Source of the DNA: Torpedo marmorata
Lineage: Eukaryota
Reading direction: 5' to 3'
Assembly: GCA_977017645.1 (NCBI GenBank)
Contig: OZ360234.1
Span: 10,540,001-10,604,000 of the forward strand
Length of the DNA stretch: 64,000 bases
Shown: positions 23,509 through 37,122 of the stretch, one piece after another
Numbering within the stretch: position 1 is the stretch's first letter
How the letters are laid out: every line of letters starts with the position of its first letter
Translations under genes and position numbers: made by a program
Notes under the pieces: model-generated
The model's input: the letters and a program-made list of their open reading frames with translations, nothing else
Told to the model about the DNA's origin: nothing
Database searches by the model: none

Positions 23509-26500
23509 TATGTAATAGCAATACACTTCTCAGAAACTGCTAAAGCAATTCGCAAAAATTCTATTTGATACATTTTTAATTTCATCTTAATACTAATTCT
23601 TTTAATATCTCCAAACAAAAATATCATTGGGTCCATTGGGAATGTAATTTTTAATACTTTATCTAAAAACTTTTTCACTTTAAACCAAAAATCATAAACC
23701 TTTGGACAAAACCATGTAGAGTGTACAAAAGAACCTTCCTCTCTATTACATCTAAAACATAAGCCTGATAATGTCGCATTAAATTTCTTTAATTTTTTAT
23801 GCGTTAAATATAATTTTTTTTTAAAAATTATTTTATTTAAATTTTTAAATCACAGATTACATATAATAATTTTGCATATATTCAAAAATACATGTGATTT
23901 ACATTTTCTCCCCCCCTTCCCACCCTCCCCTCCCTAACCCCTATATCCCCCTACTCTAAAATTAAAATAATATAGTAAAGAAAAAAAGAAAAAGGAAAGA
24001 TAGAAAAATAGAATGAGGAGACAGCAAACTTAAAACTAATATACCTTAGAGGTTATTTTCACCAGCGGATCCGATATCTAGAGAATTTACATTGTTAAAC
24101 CCATAATCCTCATATATGGGCCCCAAATTTTCAAAAAAGAATGATATTTATTTCGCAAATTATAAGTAATTTTTTCTAATGGTATACATGAACGTAACTC
24201 TGCATGCCATCGTTCTAAACTTAAATCAACATCCGATTTCCAAGTAATAGCTATACACTTATTCGAAACTGCTAATACTATACGTAAAAATTCTACTTGG
24301 TACATATTTAATCTATTTCTAATACTAAATTTTTTAATATCTCCAAATAAAAATAACATAGGATCCAGTATAATTCCAACATTAAAAATTCTTTCTAAAA
24401 AATTCTTAACTTTCAACCAGAAATCTTGAATTTTTGAACATGACCATGTACAATGTACAAAAGAACCTATTTCAGTTTTACATCTAAAACACATATCTGA
24501 TAACGCTGGATTAAATTTCTTCAATTTTTTAGGTGTTAAATATAATTGATGAAAAAAATTATATTGTACTAATCTATATCTCACATTGATAACTTTAGTC
24601 ATACTTAATTTACATAAATCTTTCCAATGATTTTCATCTATATTAACATTTAAGTCTAATTCCCATTTTAATCTAGATTTATGCGCCCCTACTTTAGACA
24701 TCTTTCTTTGAAACAGTTATACATTTGTGATATAAACTTATTAATATTAGCTTTAGTAATTAACAATTCCAATTCATTTTGTCTTGGTGCTACTAATTCA
24801 TTCCCTAATCTCACAGTCAAAAAAGCTTTCCAATGTTCTTCATCTATTGTTACATTCAAATCTGATTCCCATTTTAATCTTGATTTATGAATTCCTACTT
24901 TAGGGATTTTCCTCTGAAACAGTCTATACATTTGAGAAATAAATTTATTTACACATCCGTTAGTAACTAATAATTCTAATTCTCTCTGTCTTAGTAAAGT
25001 CAAACTATAAACTAATTTCCCAACTAAAAATGCTCTAATTTGATAATAAGCAAAAAGTGTATTATTCAATACATTAAACTTATCTTTCATTTTTTGAAAA
25101 GTAATAAATTTACCAGCTTCAAAACAATCATTTATTTTCTTAATTCCCTTTTGGAACCAAATTTTAAATAATTGATTATCAACAGTAAATGGAATAAGTT
25201 TATTTTGATATAAAGGCATTTTTCGATAAATTAACCCTTTCCCTCCTATCTCCCTATCCACTCTATTCCATATTTCTAACAAATGTTTAAAAATACGAAC
25301 ATGTTTCCCTCTTGTTAATAATAATTTAGAATTCCATTTATAAATAACTTCTTCTTTCAGATCTTCTCCTATATTATTTAATTCTATTCTAATCCAAGCA
25401 GAAGACTTAGCTAAATCAAACAATTCATTAACAAATTTTAATTGAGCTGCTCTATAATAATTTTGAAAATTAGGAAGTTGCAAACCACCCATTTCATATT
25501 TCCAAGTTAACTTCTCCATACCTTCTCCAGCCAACTTTCCTTTCCACAAAAACTTCCTAATAATTGAATTTAAATCTTTAAAAAATTTCAAAGGGATTTC
25601 ATAAGGAATTGATTGAAAAAGATATTGAATTCTTGGAAAGACATTCATCTTAATACAATTTACCCTTCATATTAGAGTTATAGGTAAATCCTTCCAACTT
25701 TCTAAATCTTTTTTAATTTTCATAAATAATGGTAAATAATTTAATTTATACAGATTAGTTAATTTTGTATCAATCTTTATTCCCAAATATTTAATTCCTT
25801 CCTTTGACCATTTAAATTGTGTAATTTCTTTACATTTACTATTATCCCCTTGTGTCAATGCCATAATTTCACTTTTATCAGAATTAATCTTATAACCAGA
25901 TATTTCCCCATATTCTCTCAATAAAAGAGTCAATTACATTAAAGAAGTAATAGGTTTAGTCATAATAAATCAATATATCATCTGCAAATAAACTAATTTT
26001 ATGCTCTTCTCTTCCAACTTTAATACCTACAATCTTAATATCTTGTCTAATTAATTCTGCCAAAGGTTCTATTGCTAAAATAAACAATGCTGGCGACAAA
26101 GGACATCCTTGTCTAGTTGATCCAGTCAAAGAAAATTTTGAAGAAATTTGTCCATTTGTCACCACTTTAGCTGATGGTTCTTTATATATAGTTTTAATCC
26201 AATTAATAATTGTAGTTCCAAAACCAAATTTCCCCAATACCTTAAATAAATAATTCCACTCTAATCTATCAAAAGCCTTTTCAGCATCTAATGTTAATAC
26301 TAATGCTAAATCCTCTTTCTTTTTTTCCACATTAATTAAACTAATTAATCTGGCTATATTATCCTTTGAATATCTATTCTTAATAAAACCGGCTTGATCT
26401 ACATGGATTAAATCTGGTAAATAATTTAGCCACTCTATTTGCTAAAATTTTTCCCATTATCTTGTAATCCACATTTAACAATGAAATTGGTCTATATGAT

Positions 26501-28105
26501 TCTGTTTTCAACACATCTCTATCTTTTTTAGGTACAACTGTAATTATTGCATTCGAAAATGTTTTCAGTAACGAATGAGGTTCCGTTATTTGTTTCAACA
26601 TATCCATATATGGAGGTATCAATAAATCTTTAAACTCCTTATAAAATTCTGATGGGAATCCGTCTTCCCCTGGAGATTTACCACTCGTTAAAGAACTAAG
26701 AACCTCATTAACTTCCCTCATTGAAAAAGACGAATCTAAAAATTCTTTACTTTGAGTATTTAATCTAGATATCTTAATTTTAGTTAGAAATTCATTAATT
26801 TTAGAATCATCTTCATCAATCTGAGATTTATATAAATTCAAATAATAATCCTTAAAAGAATCATTTATTTCGAGGTTTATATGTTATTTTCTTAGAATTC
26901 TTTTTTATAGCATTTATAGTTCTAGAAGTTTGATCTTTCTTTAGTTGCCACGCCAACACTTTATGTGCTCTTTCTCCCAATTCATAATATCTTTGCTTAG
27001 TTCTTTCAATTAATTTTTCCATTTTATATGTTTGTAACAAATTATAATGCAATTTTTTCCCAACTAAATTTTTCCTCTTTTCTTCTGATCTCTTTTTTTG
27101 CAAGTCCTTCTCTAAAAATTCAATCTCTCTCTCCAAATTATCCACCTCCCAAACATAATACTTCTTAATTTTTGCTGAATAACTTATTATTTGACCTCTT
27201 AAATAAGCCTTTAAAGCTTCCCAAATAATAAATTTATTATCAATCGAATTAGAATTATTTGTAAAAATTCCTGAATTTCTCTTCTTATATAATCACAAAA
27301 ATCCATTATTTTTAATAAAGAAGAATTAAATCTCCACCTATATATAGCTTTTTCTTTTTCTGGAATTATACAAGACATTAATAAAGGCGAATGATCAGAA
27401 ATTATTCTTGCTTTATAAGATGCTTGTGTTACCCTATCTTGGACTTGTGAAGACAATAAAAACATATCTATCCTAGAATATGAATCATGTCTAAAAGAAT
27501 AAAAAGAATAATCTTTTTCTTTAGGATTCAATTTTCTCCAAATATCTATTAAATTTAAGTCTTTCATCAAACTAAGAACTCCTTTAGCAATTTTAGATTT
27601 AGCAACTGATCTTGATGTTTTATCCATTATTGGATCTAAACAACAATTAAAATCACCACCAATTAAAATATTATCATTAGCTTCTGACAAATGCATAAAA
27701 GAATCTTGAATAAATTGTTCATCATCCGCATTTGGTACATATATATTCATAAGTGTCCACAATTCTGAATATATCTGACAATGTATTAAAACATATCTAC
27801 CTACCACATCTATAACCACAGATTGTATTTTAAAAGGTAACTTTTTATTAACTAATATAGCCACTCCTCTTGATTTAGAATTAAATGAAGAAGCAACCAC
27901 TTGGCCAACCCATTCTCTCTTTAACTTCTGATATTCTAAATCTGTCGAATGTGTCTCTTGTAAAAAAGTTATATCTACATTTAACTTTTTAATATGTGCT
28001 AAAGTTCTCTTCCTTTTAATTGGATTATTTAGCCCATTTATATTGATACTTACTAAATTTATTGTTTTACTATCCATCATTACTAAATCTTAATAAGTCT
28101 CTCTC
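23498..28105 (-). mobile_element. L1 subfamily X: near-complete but frameshifted ORF2 (EN, RT, Cys-rich region), no ORF1, interrupted by a subfamily Y copy
   Basis: ORFs 27211-28080 (NINGL, LQETH, GGDFN, SRID, SDH), 26380-26841 (KSPGEDG, YRPISLLN), 25956-26330 (LDAEKAFD, RQGCPLSP, LFADD), 24689-25648; FRCNREEG resumes at ~23500-23815. Confidence 0.9.
23816..24826 (-). mobile_element. L1 subfamily Y, 5'-truncated, nested in L1 X
   Basis: PolyA and 3' UTR nearly identical to the 12554 copy; ORF 24087-24701 with CFRC..H..W.C. Confidence 0.88.
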
Positions 28106-28860
28106 CATCAAATCCACCAGCACCCTCCTCCACATTCGTAATCTATTTGACATCTCAATTGAAATTTTATTGAGTTCTTTAAAAAAAAGTTTTCCCAAAC
28201 CCTTGAGTCAGTGTTAAAGTTATGTAAATCATAAGTTACAAAACATAAACTTATCCATAAAATAGAAACAAACATGGCAGCAAAAAATATCAATATAATA
28301 ACCATGTGTCTATTTAGACCTCTAATAACAGAAAAAACTGCCGTTCATTAATATGCTTCACCACAACATCCACCACTATTTCCCCCCCAGGAAACCAAGA
28401 TATTTGCCCCATTTTTGTGTATAGATGTCCAATTTATCAAACTGTTTGTAAGACATGCGTCCAAACGCTGCCACTTTGGCCATTTCTGAAGCCCACTCCT
28501 GAAATGATGGTTCCCCCCAAATTCTTCCAACCTCTAAGTATAATTTGTCTTCCTACCATTATACTTGTCTGAATCCAATTTTGAGAGTATTTATCCCCAA
28601 ATAACCCAAGTGTGTCTCCCAAGACAAAAAGTCTGGGGCAAAAAGGAATTTGAATACCTGAAACTTCACCAATATACTTATGTATCATAATCCAAAATTC
28701 TTGAATTCTGGGACAAGACCAAAGCGCATGTACTAAGTCCCCTTTATCCACCCCACAGCGCTAGCATTCAGGGGTATTTTTCAACCCTAATCTATATAAT
28801 TTTTCTGGAGTCCAATAAAAACAGTGCAGAATCTTAAACTGAATTAGGCGCACTCTCAAT
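28106..28860 (-). mobile_element. Divergent L1-clade 3' fragment (third lineage)
   Basis: RVRLIQFKILH..YWTP...C.RC..DKGDLVHALWSCPRIQEFW ORF2 C-terminal motif followed by UTR-like sequence. Confidence 0.75.
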
Positions 28861-29284
28861 TAATTTAATTAAGTGCTATTTATCATGCTGCTGAATGTGT
28901 GAGTTCAGCTGAGCACAGTTTTACCTGAATGGTGAACTCCAAACTAGTTGTCCAAAGTTCACGGTAGTCAGAGATTGACTTCACGAACCACCTCCTTGAT
29001 ATATTTCTCATGACCCAGTTGGGATCTGAAAGAAGTCCCTTACTGCTCAATGCACATACCTTACAGGTGCAAAATGTTGCACCTCATTATTTTATGCTGT
29101 TCTCAAACTTGGACGACGAAACATTACAAAGCATGGCATTTTTGAAATCAGATTACAAATGGTCTTGCAATATTTACACAGTTGTTCAAAGACTAACTGG
29201 AATACCAACACTTCTTTGCAGACTGCTTTTAGATAAAACAAGTGAAGCTCATTTTGCTGGAAATGAGCATCACAAATTTTGAGT

Positions 29285-29355
29285 AAAAGACGAAAGTCTG
29301 CAGACACCGTGATTGAAGTAAAAACAATGCTGGAGAAACTCAGCAAGTCAAACGT
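29285..29355 (-). mobile_element. Short Penelope terminal-repeat fragment
   Basis: AAAGTCTGCAGACACCGTGATTG..AATGCTGGAGAAACTCAGCA matches the PLE ends at 35801 and 36990. Confidence 0.6.
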
Positions 29356-30399
29356 GGACATAATTTTGGACTGGATCACACCTATGTCATGTTTGGGGTC
29401 TTGATTCTTCAGGCAAAACACTATCAGTTGTATGTTAGCTTCAAACAGAGCATCAAATACTACTCAAGGAAATTTAAGGATCAGGCATTTTTAAGCTAAG
29501 GCAACCATCTCCAGAAATTAGGAGGGATTTTTAGTAATGTAGCGATGAAGTAAAGCATGTGCTTGAGCCAGAATAGTTACAAACACTGACACATTACCGT
29601 GGCATTACGACGTTTAAATTACTTCAATGAAAACATAGATTTTAACCAAACCAATTTGTCATTCAAGAAGGTGAAATTGAATGACAAAATCATGTCGTCA
29701 ATGCATAACTGGAAGAGAAAAGAGCTAATTTGAACAAATTAGTGGAAGCTTTGTGTTTCTGATGTTTTGGTCATAGACTCAGGATGGAAGCAGTATCAGA
29801 AAAAAACCCAAATTCATGAGATGTCTGCAGCAGGTTTGAATATCCAGGTATCAGTCTGCTGTCAGATGAAACAAATTTGTCTCATCTTCAGCTCCCAAAG
29901 CTGGCATTTAATTTGCTATTTTGTTTCAAGTTGATATCAGTTTTATGTTGAAGTTATCACTTTATCTGTCTCCTGAAGGTGACCCAAGAAGGCTATTTTT
30001 GATTAATCCCACGTGCTTTAATATTAAGAAGAACAAAGGCTGACTGTCAAGATTAAACAGAGAAAAATTAATTCAAAACAGTCAATTTATCAGACACCAT
30101 CATCTCTGGCATGCACTGCTGTCATAAAATATTAAAAATTAATTGTGTAACATTTTTGAGCTGTGAATGCTCAGTTATTTCTTTCATTCGTGCCAATATT
30201 TTTGAAAGCTCATTTTAATTTTCACCTGGAAAATCGAAAACATACATACCAAAATAACGCAATTATACACAAAAAAATCATATGGCGATTGGAAAAGGAC
30301 TGCAATTGCAATGGTATGAAAAGTGCCCTTGCAGGGCTAGATGAAAAGTGAAGTCTTTTTTTCAAATATTGAAGGCTGCTACCACCGAAGGCATGTCAG

Positions 30400-30812
30400 A
30401 AAAGATAAACCTGTATTCATATAGCAGCTCTTTAGACCTCAGGACATCTCTAAGCTCCTTCCTTCCAACAAAATCCTTTTTAAACAAAGTTAATCCTTTC
30501 AAAGCTAATGTTGCAATGCAATGCATGGTTGAATTTCAAAAACGGCAATGAAATAAATGACTCCATGCTTCGCCTTTTCTGACTTTGAGGGAATATTTTG
30601 GACAGGGCACCACAGGAACTCTTCCTTAAATCCCACCATTGGATTTTTTGGACATCCACCAGTGACAGTTTCACATCATTTCCTGAAGGAAACCTCCAAC
30701 TGTGCAGATATTGTTCAAAGCAGAAACTGAGCAAATGCTCATTGCCTGGAAGGGCTCAAACAGAGGATGTTCTGACTCAGAGGCAAGTTTGCCAACACTG
30801 AGTCATGGCTCA
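30400..30812 (-). mobile_element. Decayed DeuSINE-like element
   Basis: The reverse complement of the right end, AGCCATGACTCAGTG..CTTGCCTCTGAGTCAG, resembles the head of the 61301 element; degenerate Deu-like core. Confidence 0.45.
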
Positions 30813-33800
30813 AACCTGAGATCCGGCAGGTCATTGAAAAAATGGACACATCTCCAAGTGACTGCACAGTAAGCCCTGTTTCTTATGCTTATCAGCTATG
30901 AGGCACTTCAGTACTAGGAAAATTAAATAATTTTCCTTTAAAACATCCAATATTATTATGTCAGAGAGAGAGAGAGATATCAACAGAGTGAGGATCTGTT
31001 TTCCACTGCAGTGTTGCTCCTTAGTCAACAATGTCTTGAGAAAGCCACTGCCACATTATCATGCACATTTTCCAATGCAGTCTGTGGTCAGCATCCTTTA
31101 GTGTCTGTTCTTTCTTAAGCTTGGTTTGATCTTATGCTGTCTGCTGATGTCTTCTAGAAGCTTTGATAGAAAACACTGAATGATTGCAATGGCTCCAGAA
31201 GACTGCTCACCACCACTCCTCAAGAGCAACTAATCTTGGGCAATAAATACTTGCCCTGCCACCAATGTCCTAGATTACCCCCTCAAAATAAACTTAATTA
31301 TGATCCTTGCAACTGTAGGCAGATTTTTTTAAAGTTTCATTCATTTGGGTACGATTGAAATAAAAGCCCCAACGGTTAAAGACCAAAGCTTAAGTCTCTG
31401 TCATAAGCAATCTCATGCCCAACATCAACCACACAGGTTTGAAATATTAGTAGCAATAAGAAAAATGGATTCCATTTATATACCTTTGGTCTAACAAAAA
31501 CATCCCAAGCACTTCACAGCAGCATTAGCAAACAGAAAATGGCCTAAAAGTTGAGTGAAATAATTTTAGTGTTGGTGTATGATGATGCATTAAGGTAAAA
31601 AAAGAACAGTAATTACACTTAATGGAATGGACTCAGTGTTCTGAAAGAGCAGAGGGATTTGGGGACATTAGTTCACAGAACACTAAAGACAGCATTTCAA
31701 AGCTAATAGAATTCCTGTTTCATCTCCCAATGTGCAACATGTAAAAGCTGAGAAGTAATGATGACCTACTGTAATTCCTCGATGCCAAGTTTTAGAACTT
31801 TAGCAGGGATATTCTCTGCTCCCAAGGCCTTGTTATGTTTTACTTGTCTTCTATTTTGTCCAGGGTGGTGGTGAGGCAGAACTGGATAGTTTGCTGCAGT
31901 ATGTAGTTAAGCACAAGACTTCACAGCAACAACACTAGTCTAGACACTGGCACCTGTTAGGCCCCATTATTATCTAAGCAATGACATCATTATCACCCAC
32001 ATTTTGAGAGCTTTCAATGATGGCACATCCACTTATGAACAACAGCCTGCTCCACCCAAAAAACTGCAGGCATCAGAAATACTGCTGCAAAACAAACAAA
32101 AAATCAATGTTTAGGATTTCAAGGACACCACAAAGCTCAATCTTCCCAGACAACACTCCACAGACAATTAGAGGAAACCTGGCCAATAGGAGCTGCTGAT
32201 TGTTCTTGAGGTACGGATTGCTCCAAAGGCCACCATTATCAGAACTTACAAAGGCTGTTGACGTCTCTGCAAGCAAACGCTGGGAATGGTTCAATAAGAA
32301 TGACTCACTGATCCATGATCTACATAAGTCTGGAAAATCGCATGAACTGATAAATTTAAGTAAAATAGTCTCTGCAAAATACCCTGAAATCATAGAAAAT
32401 GTTACATGAGGTTAAGTGAGCTTTAATGATATACGAAACCATCGTAGATGTTTAGCAAACTATCTGGCTCTATAAAGCAAATTTCATGCTTCCCCTAAAT
32501 ACTTCAAAATAGAAGAAATATTAAAATATTAAATAAATCTATTTTTAATGTTAAATACTTAATCTCCGATCTAATATGCATGGAAACAATTTTTATTTAG
32601 GTCCCTGTAAAATGTTTAAAATATTATTTCAAATTATGGTGTTTGCTTTCTGATGTGTTGTTTGTTGGGAAGCAGATTATCTGCTCAACCAGCTTGTTAA
32701 CCTCACAGTTGGTGAGTGCCAGGGATCCTATTAACCCAGCACTTGACAGCAGCAGGTATTCAAAAAAGAGAAGTGCCCTCCTTAGGAATTGCCAAGTCTT
32801 TGCAGGGAGCTTATTCATAATTCATCTTAAATTCAGTTATTTTATTGCAGCCTGCAAATTCTGGTCCAATAAAAGTTTCAAATTGTATGGATTCCACAGG
32901 ATTGATAAAAACATACCTTTTCTAATAGCAGAAGGTCAAGAATTAAATGTAATTAGAATTATTTTTTCATTTGAAAAGTAAAAGTCAGCATAGACTGATT
33001 GAAGTTTCTGAGTTCTGCAATTTGCAAATATTTTTATGTATTCCAGATTATAACCCATCTAAACATGTCTGTGGAAACTGCAATTCATGATAAATATGAA
33101 AGAAGGCAGATAGGAAAGCCCCTGACATGTAACCCGTTTACAATCTGATAACCACATTGTCCACAAACAGAAAGAAAACAATTGAAATAACAACTCCCAT
33201 TGTGTCAATAGATGAGAATGGAAATGGAATATGATTATTATCCTGTGAGAAGATCTGGTTCAATTTTATTAAATAGTGCAAGGTTTTCAGTAAGATGTGA
33301 TACTCTGCAAATTAAATGCAAAGTATATTCAACAACAGGCTAAACTTTTAATTTTAAGGACAAAGCTGACTTAATGAGCAAGTTTGAAAGAACGTGTGCA
33401 AGGCATTTATTTGAGTTTCGTACAATTGTTCACATCTTTATATTTTTGGAAGGCATTCTGGGCTGAAGCAACTTATGAACAACTTAAATTAAAGCAAATA
33501 ATAGTTGCCTTATAAAATAAGATTAACTTGTGCTGGTATAATATTAATCTACCCAAAGGTACACAGTGGTTTCAAATCCAGTAATGTTATCAATAAAAGG
33601 TACCTTGCTTGCAATTTTACACCAATGTTTTGCAAATGCACTGTCATCATGTCAAAAGCAGATCAGGATGATATTGTTATGACATTCCCAAATGAGGAAA
33701 ATGTGGCTTTATAAATCACATAGTGAGTATCAGATTTACATGGTCTTAAATCTTTATTGAATTTTAAATTCTATTTATTTCCATGTAAACAAAAGGGAGG

Positions 33801-33898
33801 AAGCCACAGAACACATATTACAGTGACAGGACAATCTACCAAATTGGTCATAAGAGATGGATATCAAGTGGTTAACATATTTATAACAATGAGAGAAA

Positions 33899-34551
33899 AA
33901 GATGGTGGCGTTACCAGAGCTGCTATAAATGCAGTGCTGCCACTGTTGTGGAACCGGGAGAGTGAGGAGCAGAGACACAGCACTCCTCCGTGGGGTCCTA
34001 CTGCCCAATCATGATGCCGACAGCCCCGTAGAGTCTTTAAACATGCTTGGCAGCCCAGTCCACGAAGGTTGCGGGCTCCGGGGAAGGAACGGACTGACAC
34101 TGGGCATGAGAGCAGGAGAACACCCCTCTCTGCACACACAATGTTGAGAAAGAGAAGGCTGGGAGAGGACCCTACAGGAAAGGTAACCACAGTGGCGGAC
34201 CAGTGAGGAGCTCGGAGGCTGAGGGATGCCAACCAGGCTGAGGTTGCCGATGGCGAGAAGGGCTCCAAAAGGGACTTGGGTGTTAGCAGCTTCCTGATCA
34301 TATCGGAGGTTCGGAACGTCTAGATCGGGTTCACCGGCAGAACAGGAGGCTGTGCGGCTGCACAGGTTACGGGAGCGCAGGAGGCGAATCCAGACTCTCA
34401 ATGTCTCAGGAGGACTTTCTTTTTCTTCTCTTTCTTTTATTAATGGGGCGCCGGGCTAGTGGTGTCTCTTTCTGTGCCTTTACAGAAAGCAAAAGTTGAC
34501 AAATTTTGTTTATTTATGTACATGACAAAGAAAGTAATCTTGAATCTTGAA
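33899..34551 (+). mobile_element. Non-autonomous retroelement (~650 bp) with an AAGATGG start and a Rex1-like (TCTTGAA)n tail
   Basis: Starts AAGATGGTGGCG, has a GC-rich non-coding body and ends ATGACAAAGAAAGTAATCTTGAATCTTGAA. Confidence 0.6.
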
Positions 34552-35111
34552 CCTCTCAATCTCCTGAGTGAGTACTCCTGCATGGGAAACCGTATTTTAC
34601 TTGATCCGTGAAGGTCTTTTTTACGAGTGAAAGAGTAAGAGCAGCAGGATCATCTTTCAATTCTGCAGTAAATATTTGTTCAGGGTGGTCTTAAGGCTAC
34701 TCCTGTGTGAGTCCATTCATTGACTAGTTTCCCTTCATACACATATTTAAGTCAAAGTAACTTAGTTGATGTTGAACATATTAAAACTCTTTGTGAAAAT
34801 GAAAATGAGCTTGTTTCCATTTGACATTCAAAACAATAAATTGATCAAATAAAATACAACAGCATTTTATAGAAACATTGAAAACAATGATGATGAATAA
34901 GTTTTGAATAATACCATGAACTATGAGTAAAATACACAAACTGTACATCACCACTATTATCCCAGACCAGCATTTCAATCTTCAGACTGTAACAACGATA
35001 TTGATTTATTTTTACAAAATCAACGTAATTTTGACAGTGCATAAAGACTGCTGGTTACCAATAAAATGCACATGTACAAAATACAAAGTATATTTGAGGA
35101 AGACACAGTTT

Positions 35112-35362
35112 GGGTCTGCACAGTTAGTGTAGCGGTTAGCTGAATGCTTTCACAGCGCCAGTTCGAATCCGATGCTGTCTGTAAGGAGTTTGTACATTCT
35201 CCCCGTGTCTGCGTGGGCTTCTGCCGTGTGCTCCGGTTTCCTCCCACTATTCAAAATGTACCGGGGGTGTAACTCAATTGGGTGTAATTGGGCGGCACGG
35301 CCTCGTAGGCCAAAAGGGCCTATTACCATGTTGTATGTCTAAATTAAAAAATTAAAAAAAAT
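35112..35362 (+). mobile_element. tRNA-derived V-SINE (HE1-like)
   Basis: GTTCGAATCC B box, V core, TGTCTAAATTAAAA tail. Confidence 0.8.
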
Positions 35363-35872
35363 TTACAGACTCTGAACTCATTTCATTACATTCAACAAAA
35401 GCTCCACTGGTATTGTTTACTTAATAAATGTTTTTCATGTTCATCAGTTGAGATGGGGGTAGTTTCTGAAAGAAACAGAATCCTTCTCAATATAATTCAG
35501 TGGAAAGAATGCTATTAACAACTGTTAGTTTGGAGTCAAATGGTGTCCAATCCCACTTAATCAGCAATCTTACATATAGTGGCAGGATATTTAACATTTG
35601 CAAACTGATTGACAATTCATTTCCTCCCACAGATCCTGCTGAGTTCTCCAACAGTTTGTTTGTTGATCCTCATATTCTTTGCAATCAATGTTTTGGGTCA
35701 AGACTGTGTCATAGGGCTGAGAGGGGAGATAGCAAGCATAAAGAGGAGAGGGGCCCGTAAGTAAACAGGTGGACTGAGGAGGGGTGAAGGATAAAATAAA
35801 AAACACAAATGCTGGAGAAACTCAGCAGGTCAAACAGTGTCTTTTATGTAGCAAAGGTAGAAATACATAACC

Positions 35873-35900
35873 GACGTTTCGGGCTTGAGCCCTTCATCAA
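35873..35900 (-). ncRNA. Minimal hammerhead ribozyme core (C3U variant)
   Basis: TTGATGA-A-GGGC TCAA GCCC-GAAA-CGTC. Confidence 0.7.
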
Positions 35901-36091
35901 AGTATGAGAAAATGCCGGCAGGCGTCCGAACAAAGGAGTGAGGGGGGAAGGGGGATGGCAAAGGCAGGAGATGATAGGTGGAGAAAGGAGGGAGGGGACA
36001 GCAGCAAAGAGGGGGAGGAGGGATGGCTAGGTAGCTGGAGAAAAACAGGAAGGACAGGTGAGGGGGGAGGGGAAGGGAACGACAAGCAGGT

Positions 36092-36538
36092 TTAGTGGAA
36101 AGCAGAAAAGTCAATGTTAATGCCACCTGGCTGGAGAGTGCCGAGACGGAATATGAGATGTTGTTGCTCCAATTTGCGAGTAGTCTGGGTGGGATAGTAC
36201 ATGAGGCCATGGACAGACATGTGAGTGTGGGAGTGTGACCTGAAATTGAAATGGCTGGCTACTGGGAGGTTGCTGTTGTTGCGGATGGAGAGGAGGTGCT
36301 CAGCAAAGCGGTCTCCCAATCTACGACCGGTCTCTCCAATGTATAGAAAGTCACAAAGGGAGCACCGGATGCAGTAAATACGTTCTCTGGATGTACAAGT
36401 GAAGTGTAGTTTCACTTGGAAGGCCTGTTTGGGGCCCTGGACCATGGTGAGGGGGGAGGTGTGGGCGCAGGTGTTGCACCTCCTGCGGGCACAGGGGAAG
36501 GTTCCGGGGGTGCGATGGATGGGGAGGGATGAGTGCAC
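36092..36538 (-). pseudogene. Penelope GIY-YIG endonuclease domain (fragment of a truncated element)
   Basis: PGTFPC..RRCNTC, IYCIRCSLCDFLYIGETGRRLGDRFAEH, PVASHFN, E..LIFRLGTLQPGGIN. Confidence 0.9.
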
Positions 36539-37093
36539 GAGTGAATCGCGGAGGGAGCGGTCCCTACGGAAGGCCGAGAGGGGAGGAGAAGGAAAAATGT
36601 GTCTGGTGGTGGGATCCTGTAGTAAGTGCCGGAAATTCCGGCGGATAATATGTTGGATGCGGAGGGGTGAAGGATGATGGGCAGATGGAACCTGGAGGAG
36701 GAGAAGAGGTGGAATTGGGCATAAAGGCGGGTTGGTGGTGGGGGGGAGGGTGGGAGGGGTTCATAGGTGGAAGCATATGAGGAGAAAAAAGGTAGCTGCA
36801 ACCAGGTGGGGGGAGTGGAGGAGAAGGTAGAGTCAGCTGCCGGAGTGTGCTCAGCAGGTACATAAAGGCTACCAGTGCTGAAATATGATAAGAAGGTGAA
36901 CCATTACTGGAGAAATGAAGGGCAGGTGGAACCAGATGGAGGAGGGGAAGTGGTGGTGAAAAGCGTGGGTAGTAGTTGAATGGAACCAAGTGAAACATGA
37001 AAGTCCGCAGACACTGTGATTGTCGTAAAAACACAGAGATGCTGGAGAACTCAGCTGCTCTTGCAGCATCCATAGGGGGTAAAGATGTATTAC

Positions 37094-37122
37094 TAACGTT
37101 TCGGGCCTGAGCCCTTCCTCAG
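37094..37122 (-). ncRNA. Minimal hammerhead ribozyme core (canonical CUGANGA)
   Basis: CTGAGGA-A-GGGC TCAG GCCC-GAAA-CGTTA. Confidence 0.7.

Noticed and set aside
33864-34401. 145- and 130-aa ORFs in the GC-rich element
   Set aside because: No domain motifs, overlapping frames on both strands, and explained by base composition.
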